Shown piece after piece: positions 8,909-18,644 of a stretch of DNA of 64,000 nucleotides. The stretch is from an uncultured Eubacteriales bacterium (GTDB lineage: Bacteria > Bacillota > Clostridia > Oscillospirales > CAG-272): NCBI GenBank assembly GCA_905187695.1, contig CAJJIY010000001.1, forward strand, positions 6,831-70,830. The letters are read 5' to 3'. Made by a program: the position numbers and the translations under genes. The notes below the pieces were generated by a model, which searched no databases, was not told where the DNA came from, and was given only the letters and a program-made list of their open reading frames with translations. The stretch's first letter is position 1. Every line of letters begins with the position of its first letter.

Positions 8909-10582
8909 ATGCTGTCCTCACTGCATATTGAAAATATGGCGGTTATCGCCCGGATGGATGTGGATTTTGCGGGCGGTCTTTCGGCTGTGACGGGTGAAAC
9001 CGGAGCCGGCAAATCCGTCATGATTGACGCGCTCGCCTTTTTGCTGGGCGGAAAGGCCAACCGGGAACTGTTGCGCCACGGTTGCGATCAGGGGTTGGTC
9101 AGCGCCGTCTTCTCTGATATCGGAGAGGAGGGCCTGCGCTTTCTTTCGGATTCCGGTTTTCACCCGGATGGGGAAGTGATGCTTCAGCGGACTCTGAGCG
9201 CAGACGGCCGCACGCAGTGCCGGATTGACGGCCGTGTGATTCCGCTCACGATCCTGCGGGAGTTCTCAAAATATCTGGTCAGCATTCACGGGCAAAATGA
9301 CAATCAGCTGTTGCTTTCTCCTGCGGCGCAGGAAAAAGTACTCTTTAAAATGGCCGATGATCCCGAGACCGCAATGCGGTACCGTGCGCTCTACGAAGAA
9401 TACCGCACCGAAAAAGCGCGACTTGCGGAACTGCAAAATGACAGCGCCGCCAAAGAACGGATGCGGGATATGCTGGCTTTTCAGGTAAAGGAAATTGACG
9501 CCGCACACCTGCGGGAAGGGGAAGAAGAAAAACTGCTTCGTGCCCGCGACAAGTGGCAACATATGGAGAAAATCGTCCGGCAGTCCGGATTTGCCTATCA
9601 GGTGCTTTACGGTGCCGAAAAAGCTTCTGCCGTGTTACTTCTTGAAAAAGCCGCACAGGCTCTTTCCCAGATTGCGGGTGTCCTGCCGGAGGCAAGTACA
9701 CTTTCGGATCGGCTCCTGAATCTGCGTTATGAAGCCGAAGATATTGCCGAGTCTGCCAAGGATCTTTCGGACGGAAGCGAGGGCGATCCGGCAGAAACGC
9801 TGGATAAGATCGAGGGCAGGCTTTCGCAAATTTCCCGGTTGCGCCGCAAGTACGGTGCGGACGAAAAAGAAATTCTGTCTTTCCGTGACGATGCGGCCAG
9901 GCGGCTTTCGGAGCTTGAAAATTCCAAGGAGACCGAAGCGGCCATTCTGGGAAGGCTGGAGGAACTGACCGTCGCTATGCGAACCGAGGCCGCCGCACTT
10001 CACGAGGGGCGGACCGCAGCCGCAGACGCGCTCTGTCGCCGGATGCTTACCGAGCTTTGCTATCTGGATATGTCCGGCGTTCGTTTCCGGATTGAAGTCA
10101 AAGAAGAAAAGGAGTTTTCTCAAAGCGGACTTGACAGCGTGACTTTTCTTCTGGCCGCCAATCCCGGCGAGCCATTGTTGCCGCTCTCCCGCGTGGCTTC
10201 CGGCGGAGAACTGGCCCGGGTTATGTTGGCTCTTCGATGTGCCCTGAATGAAAGGGATGGCGTTGGCACCGCGGTCTTTGACGAGGTGGACACCGGTATT
10301 TCGGGAAAAACCGCCCGAAAAATCGGCATCAAACTGTCTGAAATCGGCCGCAGGACGCAGGTGCTTTGTATCACGCACTCCGCGCAGATCGCTTCTCTTG
10401 CCGACCGGCATTATAAAATCGTGAAAAAAGAAGAAAACGGTCGTGCGGCATCCACGCTCACACTTCTTGACGAAAAAGAGCGTGTTCTGGAAATCGGTCG
10501 GATTTTAGGTGGACTTTCGGTGTCCGAAGCGCAGATTTGCGCCGCCGCCGAAATGATTGAAGAAGGGAAGAAATACCGCTGA
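8909..10582 (+). CDS. recN: DNA repair protein RecN
   Basis: Walker A GETGAGKS, SMC signature SGGELARVMLAL, Walker B VFDEVDTG and a long coiled-coil middle. Position after argR is conserved. Confidence 0.95.
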   Translation: MLSSLHIENMAVIARMDVDFAGGLSAVTGETGAGKSVMIDALAFLLGGKANRELLRHGCDQGLVSAVFSDIGEEGLRFLSDSGFHPDGEVMLQRTLSADGRTQCRIDGRVIPLTILREFSKYLVSIHGQNDNQLLLSPAAQEKVLFKMADDPETAMRYRALYEEYRTEKARLAELQNDSAAKERMRDMLAFQVKEIDAAHLREGEEEKLLRARDKWQHMEKIVRQSGFAYQVLYGAEKASAVLLLEKAAQALSQIAGVLPEASTLSDRLLNLRYEAEDIAESAKDLSDGSEGDPAETLDKIEGRLSQISRLRRKYGADEKEILSFRDDAARRLSELENSKETEAAILGRLEELTVAMRTEAAALHEGRTAAADALCRRMLTELCYLDMSGVRFRIEVKEEKEFSQSGLDSVTFLLAANPGEPLLPLSRVASGGELARVMLALRCALNERDGVGTAVFDEVDTGISGKTARKIGIKLSEIGRRTQVLCITHSAQIASLADRHYKIVKKEENGRAASTLTLLDEKERVLEIGRILGGLSVSEAQICAAAEMIEEGKKYR

Positions 10583-10583
10583 A

Positions 10584-11063
10584 ATGAAAGAAAAAGAGAT
10601 CAAGACCAATGCAATGAGGCAACTGGATGCCGCCGGTATTTCTTATGAAGTACGAACTTACCCGGTCGATGAAAACGACCTTTCGGGTTCACACATGGCG
10701 GATGTTGTGGGGCTTGCGCATGATTTGGTTTTTAAGACCCTGGTGGCCAAAGGGGACAAGACCGGTCCGGTGGTTTTCTGTATTCCGGTCGATCCCGAAA
10801 TAGACCTCAAAAAAGCCGCCCGTGCGACCGGAAACAAGAAAATCGAAATGCTTCATGTAAAGGATCTGCCGGGATTGACCGGCTATATCCGGGGCGGTTG
10901 TTCGCCCATCGGGATGAAGAAAAAATTTCCCACTTTCTTTGATAACAGCGTGTTGGAAAAAGAAAAAATCACCGTCAGCGCGGGCGTTCGCGGCGCACAG
11001 CTGTATCTTTCGGCGAAGGATTTGCTTGCGTTTGTCAACGCCACCTGTGCTGAACTGATTTAA
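10584..11063 (+). CDS. ybaK: Cys-tRNA(Pro)/Cys-tRNA(Cys) deacylase YbaK
   Basis: ORF 10557..11063 trimmed to ATG 10584. TNAMRQLDAAGISYEV, VFKTLVAKGDKTG and GYIRGGCSPIGMKK are the YbaK/EbsC pattern. Confidence 0.87.
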   Translation: MKEKEIKTNAMRQLDAAGISYEVRTYPVDENDLSGSHMADVVGLAHDLVFKTLVAKGDKTGPVVFCIPVDPEIDLKKAARATGNKKIEMLHVKDLPGLTGYIRGGCSPIGMKKKFPTFFDNSVLEKEKITVSAGVRGAQLYLSAKDLLAFVNATCAELI

Positions 11064-11075
11064 CCGCGGCACGGC

Positions 11076-11104
11076 TTGACAACCGACGCTTTTGAGAGTA
11101 CAAT
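11076..11104 (+). promoter_or_regulatory. sigma-A promoter for glyQS
   Basis: TTGACA (11076-11081), a 17-nt spacer, then TACAAT (11099-11104). The leader is only about 25 nt, so there is no room for a T-box. Confidence 0.65.
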
Positions 11105-11133
11105 AATTTTACATTTTAAAAGAGGAGAATACC

Positions 11134-12549
11134 ATGAACAATCAGGAAAAAACGATGGACAAAATTGTGGCGCTTTGCAAGAACCGCGGCTTTATTTTCC
11201 CCGGTTCCGAAATTTACGGCGGCCTTGCAAACTCCTGGGACTACGGCCCGCTCGGCGTGGAATTCAAGAACAATGTCAAACGCGCTTGGTGGAAAAAATT
11301 CGTGCAGGAGAGCCGTTATAATGTGGGACTTGACAGCGCGATTATCATGAACCCCGAAACTTGGGTCGCATCCGGCCATGTCGGCGGTTTTTCCGATCCG
11401 CTCATGGATTGCAAATCCTGCAAGGCGCGGCACCGTGCCGACAAACTCATTGAGGATTATGCTTTCAAAAACGGTCTTTCTGACAATCCGGCCGGTTGGA
11501 CTTTTGAGGAAATGGCCCAATATATTGCCGATCATGGCATTACCTGTCCGCAGTGCGGTGGCAAGGAGTTCACCTCCATCAAGAAATTCAATCTGATGTT
11601 CAAAACTTTTATCGGCGTCACCGAGGATTCGACCAGCACGGTCTATCTGCGACCCGAGACGGCACAGGGTATTTTTGTGAATTTCCCCTCAATCCAGCGT
11701 TCTACGCGCAGAAAGCTTCCTTTTGGCGTTTGCCAGATCGGCAAATCTTTCAGGAACGAGATCACGCCCGGAAACTTCACTTTCCGCACCCGGGAATTTG
11801 AGCAGATGGAGCTTGAATTTTTCTGCAAACCCGGCACGGACCTGGAGTGGTTTGCCTATTGGAAGGACTATTGCCACAAGTTCCTCCTGAACCTGGGTAT
11901 GCGTGACGAAAATCTCAGACTGCGCGATCATGATAAGGAAGAACTCTGCTTCTATTCCAAGGCCACGACCGACTTTGAGTTCCTCTTCCCGTTTGGTTGG
12001 GGCGAGCTGTGGGGCGTGGCGGACCGTACCGATTACGATCTTAAACAGCATGCCGAGCACAGCGGCAAAGATCTCTCCTATTTTGATCCCGAAACCAACG
12101 AGCGCTATATTCCCTATGTGGTGGAACCCTCTCTGGGTGCGGATCGCGTGGCGTTGGCGTTCTTGGTGGACGCTTATGACGAAGAAGTTCTGGATGCCGA
12201 GAAGAACGATATCCGTGTGGTGCTCCATCTGCATCCCGCGCTGGCACCGTACAAGGCCGCTATTTTGCCGCTTTCCAAGAAGCTGTCCGGCAAGGCGCAG
12301 GAGATTTATGATCAACTTTCCAAAGATTTTGCATTGGATTTTGATGAAACCGGTTCGATCGGCAAGCGCTATCGCCGCGAAGACGAGATCGGCACGCCGC
12401 TTTGCATCACAGTTGATTTTGATACGGTGGGTGACGCCGAGAAAGCCGGTGACAACTGCGTGACCGTGCGTGACCGCGACACTATGGAGCAGGTTCGTAT
12501 TCCGATTGACGCGCTCCGCGATTATATTGCCGGAAAAATCGCGTTCTGA
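11134..12549 (+). CDS. glyQS: glycine--tRNA ligase (dimeric class II type)
   Basis: [67 protein letters not shown]. Length 471 aa. Confidence 0.95.
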   Translation: MNNQEKTMDKIVALCKNRGFIFPGSEIYGGLANSWDYGPLGVEFKNNVKRAWWKKFVQESRYNVGLDSAIIMNPETWVASGHVGGFSDPLMDCKSCKARHRADKLIEDYAFKNGLSDNPAGWTFEEMAQYIADHGITCPQCGGKEFTSIKKFNLMFKTFIGVTEDSTSTVYLRPETAQGIFVNFPSIQRSTRRKLPFGVCQIGKSFRNEITPGNFTFRTREFEQMELEFFCKPGTDLEWFAYWKDYCHKFLLNLGMRDENLRLRDHDKEELCFYSKATTDFEFLFPFGWGELWGVADRTDYDLKQHAEHSGKDLSYFDPETNERYIPYVVEPSLGADRVALAFLVDAYDEEVLDAEKNDIRVVLHLHPALAPYKAAILPLSKKLSGKAQEIYDQLSKDFALDFDETGSIGKRYRREDEIGTPLCITVDFDTVGDAEKAGDNCVTVRDRDTMEQVRIPIDALRDYIAGKIAF

Positions 12550-12568
12550 GAATCGGGAAGGGGAACGT

Positions 12569-13291
12569 ATGTTTCAGATCAGACTGGCCGGGCTGAACAT
12601 CCGGGTTTTTAACCGCTATGAATTCAGCCGGACGCGCTGTCAGGATTACCTGGCCGATTTCGAAAGGGCCGATTTGGAAGTTTCGGTTTCGCCCGCGCAA
12701 ATTGAAAAAGAAAAGGCAGAGGCACTTTGCCCGTGCAGTGACGGCTACGCCGAATTCATCTGCATTTACCGGGAAATTGCCCTGCGCCTGCCGCAGTTTG
12801 ACGCTTTTGTTTTTCATGCCGCGGTGGTTGCTGTGGACGGAGAAGCTTATGCTTTTACAGCCCCCAGCGGCACGGGAAAATCCACGCACATCCGTTTTTG
12901 GCTTTCCGAATTTGCCGATAAAGGCGCGAAGGTTGTGAACGGTGACAAGCCGATCTTCCGCCTGGAAAACGGCATTTTCACCGCCTATGGCACGCCTTGG
13001 TGCGGCAAAGAGGACTGGGGCGAGAACACCTGCGCGCCGCTTCATGCCATTTGCTTTCTGACGCGGGGAGCCGAAAACAAAATCAGCCGGATCGGGGATG
13101 AGGAATCCGTTTCGCGGATTTTTCACCAGGTCATCATGCCTAAAGATCCGGAGATCATGGATCGTTTCCTCTCGCTTTTGGACAGCCTTATTTCAAGCGT
13201 TCCCGCATATCTTTTGGAATGTACGATCTCGACCATGGCCGCGCAGGTGGCCTATAACGGTATGAAAGGAGAATCACATGATTCAGAATAA
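12569..13291 (+). CDS. HPr-kinase-C-domain-like P-loop protein (putative peptide/protein kinase), function unknown
   Basis: ORF 12470..13291 trimmed to ATG 12569 behind GGGAAGGGGA, 20 nt after the glyQS stop. Central P-loop AFTAPSGTGKSTHIRFW is encoded at 12860-12886. Size and layout resemble HprK-related kinases of RiPP clusters. The assignment is pattern-based only. Confidence 0.55.
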   Translation: MFQIRLAGLNIRVFNRYEFSRTRCQDYLADFERADLEVSVSPAQIEKEKAEALCPCSDGYAEFICIYREIALRLPQFDAFVFHAAVVAVDGEAYAFTAPSGTGKSTHIRFWLSEFADKGAKVVNGDKPIFRLENGIFTAYGTPWCGKEDWGENTCAPLHAICFLTRGAENKISRIGDEESVSRIFHQVIMPKDPEIMDRFLSLLDSLISSVPAYLLECTISTMAAQVAYNGMKGESHDSE

Positions 13292-13544
13292 GGAATTTAT
13301 CAAGCGGAAAATCGGTACGCAGTTTGTGATCGTTGCTGTAGGAGAGGCCAGTCGCCGGTTTAACGGAATGATTTCGGTCAATTCGACCGGGGCATTCATC
13401 TGGGATGTGTTGGAGAAGGAAACCGATGAGGCCGGGCTGATCCGGGCATTGACGGAACATTATGAGGTTGATGCCGCGAAAGCCAAAGCGGATTGCGCCG
13501 CTTTTCTGAAAGCGCTGAGAGAGGCCGGTGCAATTATTGAATAA
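13278..13544 (+). CDS. PqqD family protein (RiPP recognition element-like chaperone)
   Basis: 88 aa with an AAAGGAG SD. The pattern FVIVAVGEASRRFNGMISVNSTGAFIWDVLEKETDEAGLIRALTEHYEVDAAKAKADCAAFLKALREAGAI is typical of the PqqD family. It overlaps the upstream ORF by 14 nt. Confidence 0.75.
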   Translation: MIQNKEFIKRKIGTQFVIVAVGEASRRFNGMISVNSTGAFIWDVLEKETDEAGLIRALTEHYEVDAAKAKADCAAFLKALREAGAIIE

Positions 13545-13995
13545 CGGCATTTCGATGGAAGAACTCTGGCCGCTTATCCGGGAAGTCACGGAAAGCGGCG
13601 GAGAATTCCGGCTGTATCCGCGGGGAACGAGTATGCGTTCTCTCCTTCGGGAGGGAAAAGATTCGGTGGCATTGGTCAGACCCGGAAACCTTTGCCGGGG
13701 CGACATTTGCCTTTACCGTCGCCGGGACGGTGCTTTTATTCTTCACCGACTGGTCAAATGGAAGGACGGGCAACCGGTTTTTTGCGGAGATAATCAAACG
13801 GCGCTGGAATACGGCGTTCCGGAAAGCGCGGTGATCGCAGTGGTTGCCGCTGTCTACCGGGGCGAAAAAAGAAGAGAAATCGGTTCTTTTTCGGATCGCT
13901 TTTACCGTACCACCCATTTGCCCGCTCCCTGTCGCTTTATTCGCTTTCTGCCGCGGCGGGGAAAAAGCGCGCTGAAAAAAATCTTTAAAAAATAA
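13528..13995 (+). CDS. S24/S26 family peptidase-like protein, soluble
   Basis: GTG start overlapping the pqqD-like end by 17 nt. GTSM (candidate nucleophile Ser35) and ILHRLVK (His73/Lys77) occupy the positions of the SM and KR(L/V) motifs of LexA/signal-peptidase-type enzymes. No TM segment. Confidence 0.68.
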   Translation: MQLLNNGISMEELWPLIREVTESGGEFRLYPRGTSMRSLLREGKDSVALVRPGNLCRGDICLYRRRDGAFILHRLVKWKDGQPVFCGDNQTALEYGVPESAVIAVVAAVYRGEKRREIGSFSDRFYRTTHLPAPCRFIRFLPRRGKSALKKIFKK

Positions 13996-14033
13996 AAAGG
14001 CCGTGCTGTTTACCAGAACAGCACGGCTTTTTT
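13995..14033. terminator. bidirectional intrinsic terminator between the S24-like gene and the small ORF/topoisomerase operon
   Basis: GCCGTGCTGTT (14000-14010), loop TACCAG, AACAGCACGGC (14017-14027). An A-tract lies on the left and TTTTTT on the right. Confidence 0.85.
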
Positions 14034-14034
14034 C

Positions 14035-14223
14035 TCAATAGTGAACGGAAACGGTTTCGCACACGGCGATCCGGGGCGAAAACGCGGCGGCCGAGTCTTT
14101 TTTCTTTTCTTTCACGCGGTCCACGATCATGTAAACGGTCAGATAAGCGATGCCGACTACCATCAGAACAGCCAGCACAATGGCAAGGATGCGTACAAAA
14201 ATTTTGGAGTCTTCCTTTTTCAT
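14035..14223 (-). CDS. small single-pass membrane protein, unknown function
   Basis: ORF 14035..14259 trimmed to ATG 14223 behind a GAGAGG SD. MKKEDSKIFVRILAIVLAVLMVVGIAYLTVYMIVDRVKEKKKD... contains one clear TM helix. It lies 22 nt downstream of the topoisomerase gene. Confidence 0.45.
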   Translation of the reverse strand: MKKEDSKIFVRILAIVLAVLMVVGIAYLTVYMIVDRVKEKKKDSAAAFSPRIAVCETVSVHY

Positions 14224-14245
14224 AAATATACCTCTCAAAATAAAA

Positions 14246-16498
14246 TTAAAGGGAATCATCCATGCTCAGTTGCATGGCACTGATGTCTTTTTCGGATAGC
14301 AGGGTACCGGTTGCCGGCAATTTATAGCGCCGATAACCTTTTTGCTCTTGCCGGTCGTCCAAGGGGGCAATGACCTCTTTTATCTTCTTTTCTTTACGGC
14401 CAAAGGACTGGAGCGTAACACCCCCGGAACTTCGTGTGGTCATCAAAGGAATGAGAGAAGATTTGAAAACGATTGCCCGGTCAAGATCAGACACCATCAT
14501 AATGTCAAAGGGTTCTTTTTCCTTCTCGCGGAAAATGGCCATCACAGGAGAAGTCTTGGAGAAAGCGCCGGTCAGTTTCCGGCGGTTGCCCTTGGTCTCA
14601 TAGGCCGTAATCGGGATACGCACGCCCTTGCCGTTTTCAAAGATGAAAACCATGTTCTGGTCTGCCGGATAATCATTCTGAACCAGCATCAAAAGCGGCC
14701 GTTCGTCTTTGTCCATGCCGAGTTTTGCATTGAGAAAGTCGCCCAGTGCCGAGGCCTTTGTGGTGTCAAAACTGTCTACACCCGCGCGGTATACCTGCGC
14801 GCCGTCCGTGAAAAAGAGCAGGCTGTCCCGGTTTTGCGCGTCAATCACCTGTCGGATTTCATCATCGTCTTTCAGTTTCTGTTCATCGTTGCCACGCAGG
14901 GACTGGAAGGTGATCTTCTTGAAATAACCGGCCTTGGTCAGTACCAGTCGGACCGGATAATCTTCCACCGGGTCCTCTTCCGGCACATCGGGGATATCCT
15001 GTGCAAAAATGAGCTGCGAACGGCGGGGAATGGCATATTTTTTCTTGACTTCCAACAGCTGTTCGGCAATTTTGGCACGGAGCTTCAGTTCGTCCGCCAG
15101 AATTTCTTCAATGCCCGCGATATCCGCTTTGAGTGATTTCATTTCGTCCAGACAGTTCAGAATATAGCGCTTGTTCAGATTGCGGAGTTTGATGTTCCCG
15201 ATATATTCCGCCTGAACGGAATCAATTCCGAATCCGGCCATCAGTTCCGGTACCACCGCCTCATCGCTTTCTGCGTGGCGGATGATGCGGACGGCTTTGT
15301 CAACATCCAAGAGGATTTTACCAAGGCCGGTCACCAGATGCAATCTGTCCTGCTTATTTTTCAGGTCAAAGGAAAGTTCCCGGCGGACGCAGCCGATCCG
15401 GAAAGTGATCCATTCCTTGAGGATATCCATCACGCCCAACTGCCGGGGGGCGGCATTGATGAGTACATTGAAATTGCACTTGAAACTGTCCTCCAACGGC
15501 GTCAGCTTGAAAAGACGGTTCATCAGTTTTTCCGGATCCGTTCCGCGCCGGAGGTCAAGCGTCAGCTTAAAGCCGTTCAGATCAATCTCATCGCGGAAAT
15601 CGGTGATTTCTTTTACTTTCCCGTCTTTGACCAGTGCGGAGATGCTGGAAAGAATGGCTTCGATGGTGGTGGAGTAGGGAATTTGCAGAATGTCGATGCA
15701 GTTGGCTTCTTTGTCATAGACATATTTGGAGCGAACCCGGAAAGAACCCTGTCCGGTTTCATAGATCTGCCGCATGATCTCACGGTCGTAAAGAATTTGT
15801 CCGCCGCCTGGGAAATCCGGGGCTTTGATAATATCCAGCAACCGGTCCATGGTTGTTTTGGGGTTTCTGAGGAGTGCCACGGTTCCGTCGCAGATCTCTC
15901 CGAGGTTGAAAGAGCAGATGTTGGAGGCCATGCCCACGGCAATGCCGACATTCGGCGTCACCAGCACATTCGGGAAGGTGGTCGGCAACAGAACCGGTTC
16001 TTTCATCGTGTTGTCATAGTTATCCACGAAATCCACGGCGTTTTTATCCACGCCGGAGAAAAGTTCGTTGCAAAAGCTGTCCAGTTTGACCTCCGTGTAT
16101 CGGGAGGCGGCATATTTCATATCGCTGGAATATTGCTTGCCGAAGCTTCCTTTGGAATCAATGAGCGGGTGAAGAAGCGCGGCGTATCCGCGTGTGAGAC
16201 GAACCATGGTTTCATAAATGGCCGCGTCGCCGTGCGGATTCAGCTTCATGGTCTGTCCCACCACATTGGTGCTTTTGGTTCGGTTTCCGGTCAGGAGGCC
16301 CATTTTATACATGGTATAAAGAAGTTTCCGGTGGGAGGGTTTTAACCCGTCAATTTCCGGAATAGCCCGCGAGATGATCACGCTCATCACATAGGGCATA
16401 TAGTTTTTCTCGATGGTCTCGGTAATCGGTTGAGGCGTGGCAGGTGCCGGTGTGATATGAGAAAGGTCGGTATCGGGGGTCTTTTTCTTTTTCGCCAT
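14246..16498 (-). CDS. type IIA DNA topoisomerase subunit A (gyrase/topo IV A family)
   Basis: IDGLKPSHRKLLYTMYKMGL, HPHGDAAIYETMVRL and the active-site Tyr context AASRYTEVKL. 750 aa with a C-terminal beta-pinwheel-like region. Confidence 0.92.
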   Translation of the reverse strand: MAKKKKTPDTDLSHITPAPATPQPITETIEKNYMPYVMSVIISRAIPEIDGLKPSHRKLLYTMYKMGLLTGNRTKSTNVVGQTMKLNPHGDAAIYETMVRLTRGYAALLHPLIDSKGSFGKQYSSDMKYAASRYTEVKLDSFCNELFSGVDKNAVDFVDNYDNTMKEPVLLPTTFPNVLVTPNVGIAVGMASNICSFNLGEICDGTVALLRNPKTTMDRLLDIIKAPDFPGGGQILYDREIMRQIYETGQGSFRVRSKYVYDKEANCIDILQIPYSTTIEAILSSISALVKDGKVKEITDFRDEIDLNGFKLTLDLRRGTDPEKLMNRLFKLTPLEDSFKCNFNVLINAAPRQLGVMDILKEWITFRIGCVRRELSFDLKNKQDRLHLVTGLGKILLDVDKAVRIIRHAESDEAVVPELMAGFGIDSVQAEYIGNIKLRNLNKRYILNCLDEMKSLKADIAGIEEILADELKLRAKIAEQLLEVKKKYAIPRRSQLIFAQDIPDVPEEDPVEDYPVRLVLTKAGYFKKITFQSLRGNDEQKLKDDDEIRQVIDAQNRDSLLFFTDGAQVYRAGVDSFDTTKASALGDFLNAKLGMDKDERPLLMLVQNDYPADQNMVFIFENGKGVRIPITAYETKGNRRKLTGAFSKTSPVMAIFREKEKEPFDIMMVSDLDRAIVFKSSLIPLMTTRSSGGVTLQSFGRKEKKIKEVIAPLDDRQEQKGYRRYKLPATGTLLSEKDISAMQLSMDDSL

Positions 16499-16524
16499 CT
16501 CGGTTTTGCCCTTTCTTTGAATTT

Positions 16525-17565
16525 TTACAAGTGAAGAACCGTATGCGCCGCCGCGCGGATGGCACGGTTATAAAGCGCCAGCCCTATGCCGTCGGTTTTG
16601 GGCATATGGGCATATAGTCGGGTCAGTCCCGGTGTTTCATCCGCCGCACGCAACGCTGCAAAGAGCAGATGTGCCTGTGCGGCAAGATCCTCTTTTTTCC
16701 CGACAGGGAAGAGCGTAAGTTCTGCAGGGAGGTTGTCCTTTTCCTCTTCGTAGCAAAGGAATCCCACGCCGGGGGCGGCTTCTTTTTGGAGAAACGCCTG
16801 CACAGCCGCTTCATCGCCGCAAAGAAGGGTAAGCGGCACGCGCGGCGCGTAATGCTTATATTTCATGCCGGGGGAAAGCGGATGCTCATTTTTGCCGAGC
16901 TCACCCGATACGGCCGCGTCAGCGATTGACAGTTCGGGAAGCACCGTGCGCAGATCCTCCGGCGTTACCGCGCCGGGGCGGAGCAGTGTCAGATGCTCGC
17001 CGTCCAGTTTGACAATGGTGGATTCCAATCCGAAATCTGCCGCACCGCCGGCCAGAATCACATCCACGCGGTCCGAAAAATCCTTAATGACATGAGCCTC
17101 CGTTGTGCCGGAAGGTTGTCCGGAAAGATTGGCGGAGGGGGCGGCCACCGGTACGCCGGCCACCGTAATCATGGCGTGCGCCACCGGGTGAGAAGGACAG
17201 CGGACAGCCACGGTTTCAAGACCGCCGGTCACACTTTTGGGGATGCTTTCGCGGCGGGGAAGAATCACGGTCAGCGGTCCGGGCATAAAGCGTTCGGCCA
17301 AACGGTAAAAGGCAGGAGAGGTAACGGCGTAGCGCTCCGCGTCTTCCGGTTTTGCCACATGAATAATGAGCGGATTGTCACTGGGGCGGCCCTTTGCCGC
17401 GTAAATTTTGCGGGCGGCCGAGTCGTTGGTGGCGTCCCCGCCGATGCCGTAAACCGTTTCGGTCGGGAAAATGACCAGTCCACCTTCGCGGAGCGTTTTT
17501 GCCGCGTCCGCCACCCCTTTTTTCAGTTCATTTTCATTTTGCGTGTTGTAAATGCGGGTGTTCAA
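16525..17565 (-). CDS. tsaC: L-threonylcarbamoyladenylate synthase (Sua5/TsaC long form)
   Basis: VIFPTETVYGIGGDATN, KGRPSDNPLIIHV and SANLSGQPS, plus a C-terminal Sua5 domain. ATGA overlap with prfA. Confidence 0.9.
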   Translation of the reverse strand: MNTRIYNTQNENELKKGVADAAKTLREGGLVIFPTETVYGIGGDATNDSAARKIYAAKGRPSDNPLIIHVAKPEDAERYAVTSPAFYRLAERFMPGPLTVILPRRESIPKSVTGGLETVAVRCPSHPVAHAMITVAGVPVAAPSANLSGQPSGTTEAHVIKDFSDRVDVILAGGAADFGLESTIVKLDGEHLTLLRPGAVTPEDLRTVLPELSIADAAVSGELGKNEHPLSPGMKYKHYAPRVPLTLLCGDEAAVQAFLQKEAAPGVGFLCYEEEKDNLPAELTLFPVGKKEDLAAQAHLLFAALRAADETPGLTRLYAHMPKTDGIGLALYNRAIRAAAHTVLHL

Positions 17566-18644
17566 AAGTCCGATTCTCCCTCTTCTTTGAGTTTTTGCGC
17601 AAGGTCGGCTTCCCGGAGCGCGTCAAGCATTTCGCCGATATCTCCGTCCAGAAATTTTCCAAGCGTATAGAGCGTGAGGCCAATCCGGTGGTCGGTCACG
17701 CGCCCCTGAGGATAATTATAGGTGCGAACGCGTTCGCTCCGATCCCCTGTGCCGATCTGTGTGCGCCGGGAACTGGCGGTCTCGCTTTCTTTTTTCTCCC
17801 GTTCCATTTCGTAAAGCCGGGTGCGGAGCAGTTTCATGGCTTTGTCGCGGTTTTTGAACTGACTGCGTTCCTCGCGGCATTCCACCACAATGCCGGTCGG
17901 CTTGTGGAGCAAGCGCACGGCCGATTCGGTCTTGTTGATGTGCTGACCGCCCGCGCCGCTGCTTTTCATGGATTCCATTTCAATATCGGCCGGATCAATC
18001 TGTACTTCCACTTCTTCGGCTTCCGGAAGGATGGCCACCGTGACGGTGGAGGTCTGGATCCGTCCCTGAGATTCGGTCACGGGTACACGCTGGACGCGGT
18101 GCACGCCGGATTCATATTTGAAACGGGCAAAGGCGCCCTCTCCCTCTATGAGAAAGACAATTTCACGATAGCCGCCGAGCCCGGTCTCATTGGCCGAAAG
18201 CAGGGAAATGCGAAACCCGGCCGAGGCGGCGTACATGCTGTACATCCGATACAGTACAGCAGCAAAGAGCGTGGCTTCGTCCCCACCCGCACCGGCACGG
18301 ATCTCCATGATTGCATTGGCGTCATCCTTCTCGTCTTTTGGAAGAAGCAGGAGACGGATCTCCTGCAAAAGCGTTTCCTCCCGTTCAAGGCAGGCGGTTC
18401 GTTCGCTTCTGGCCAGTTCTTTTAATTCCCGGTCGTTTTCTCCCTCAAGAATCCGCGCGGCTTCTTTTTCGTCCGCGCGGACTTTGAGGAGTTCATCATA
18501 ACGCTCGGAAACCGGCGCCACGCGCCGGTATTCTTTTGAAAGCGTCAGATAGCGCACCTTGTCCGAAAAAACAGTCGGGTCGGAAAGCTGACATTCCAGT
18601 TCTTTGGCCCGTGTGGACAAAGCCCGGATCTTTTCTTCCAGCAT
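17562..18644 (-). CDS. prfA: peptide chain release factor 1
   Basis: GGQ motif SSGAGGQHINKTESAVR and the RF1-type tripeptide PVT (RVQRVPVTESQGRIQTS). Confidence 0.95.
   Translation of the reverse strand: MLEEKIRALSTRAKELECQLSDPTVFSDKVRYLTLSKEYRRVAPVSERYDELLKVRADEKEAARILEGENDRELKELARSERTACLEREETLLQEIRLLLLPKDEKDDANAIMEIRAGAGGDEATLFAAVLYRMYSMYAASAGFRISLLSANETGLGGYREIVFLIEGEGAFARFKYESGVHRVQRVPVTESQGRIQTSTVTVAILPEAEEVEVQIDPADIEMESMKSSGAGGQHINKTESAVRLLHKPTGIVVECREERSQFKNRDKAMKLLRTRLYEMEREKKESETASSRRTQIGTGDRSERVRTYNYPQGRVTDHRIGLTLYTLGKFLDGDIGEMLDALREADLAQKLKEEGESDF

Noticed and set aside
11064-11133. Expected T-box leader upstream of glyQS.
   Set aside because: Only about 25 nt separate the predicted transcription start from the SD. 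There is no specifier or antiterminator structure.
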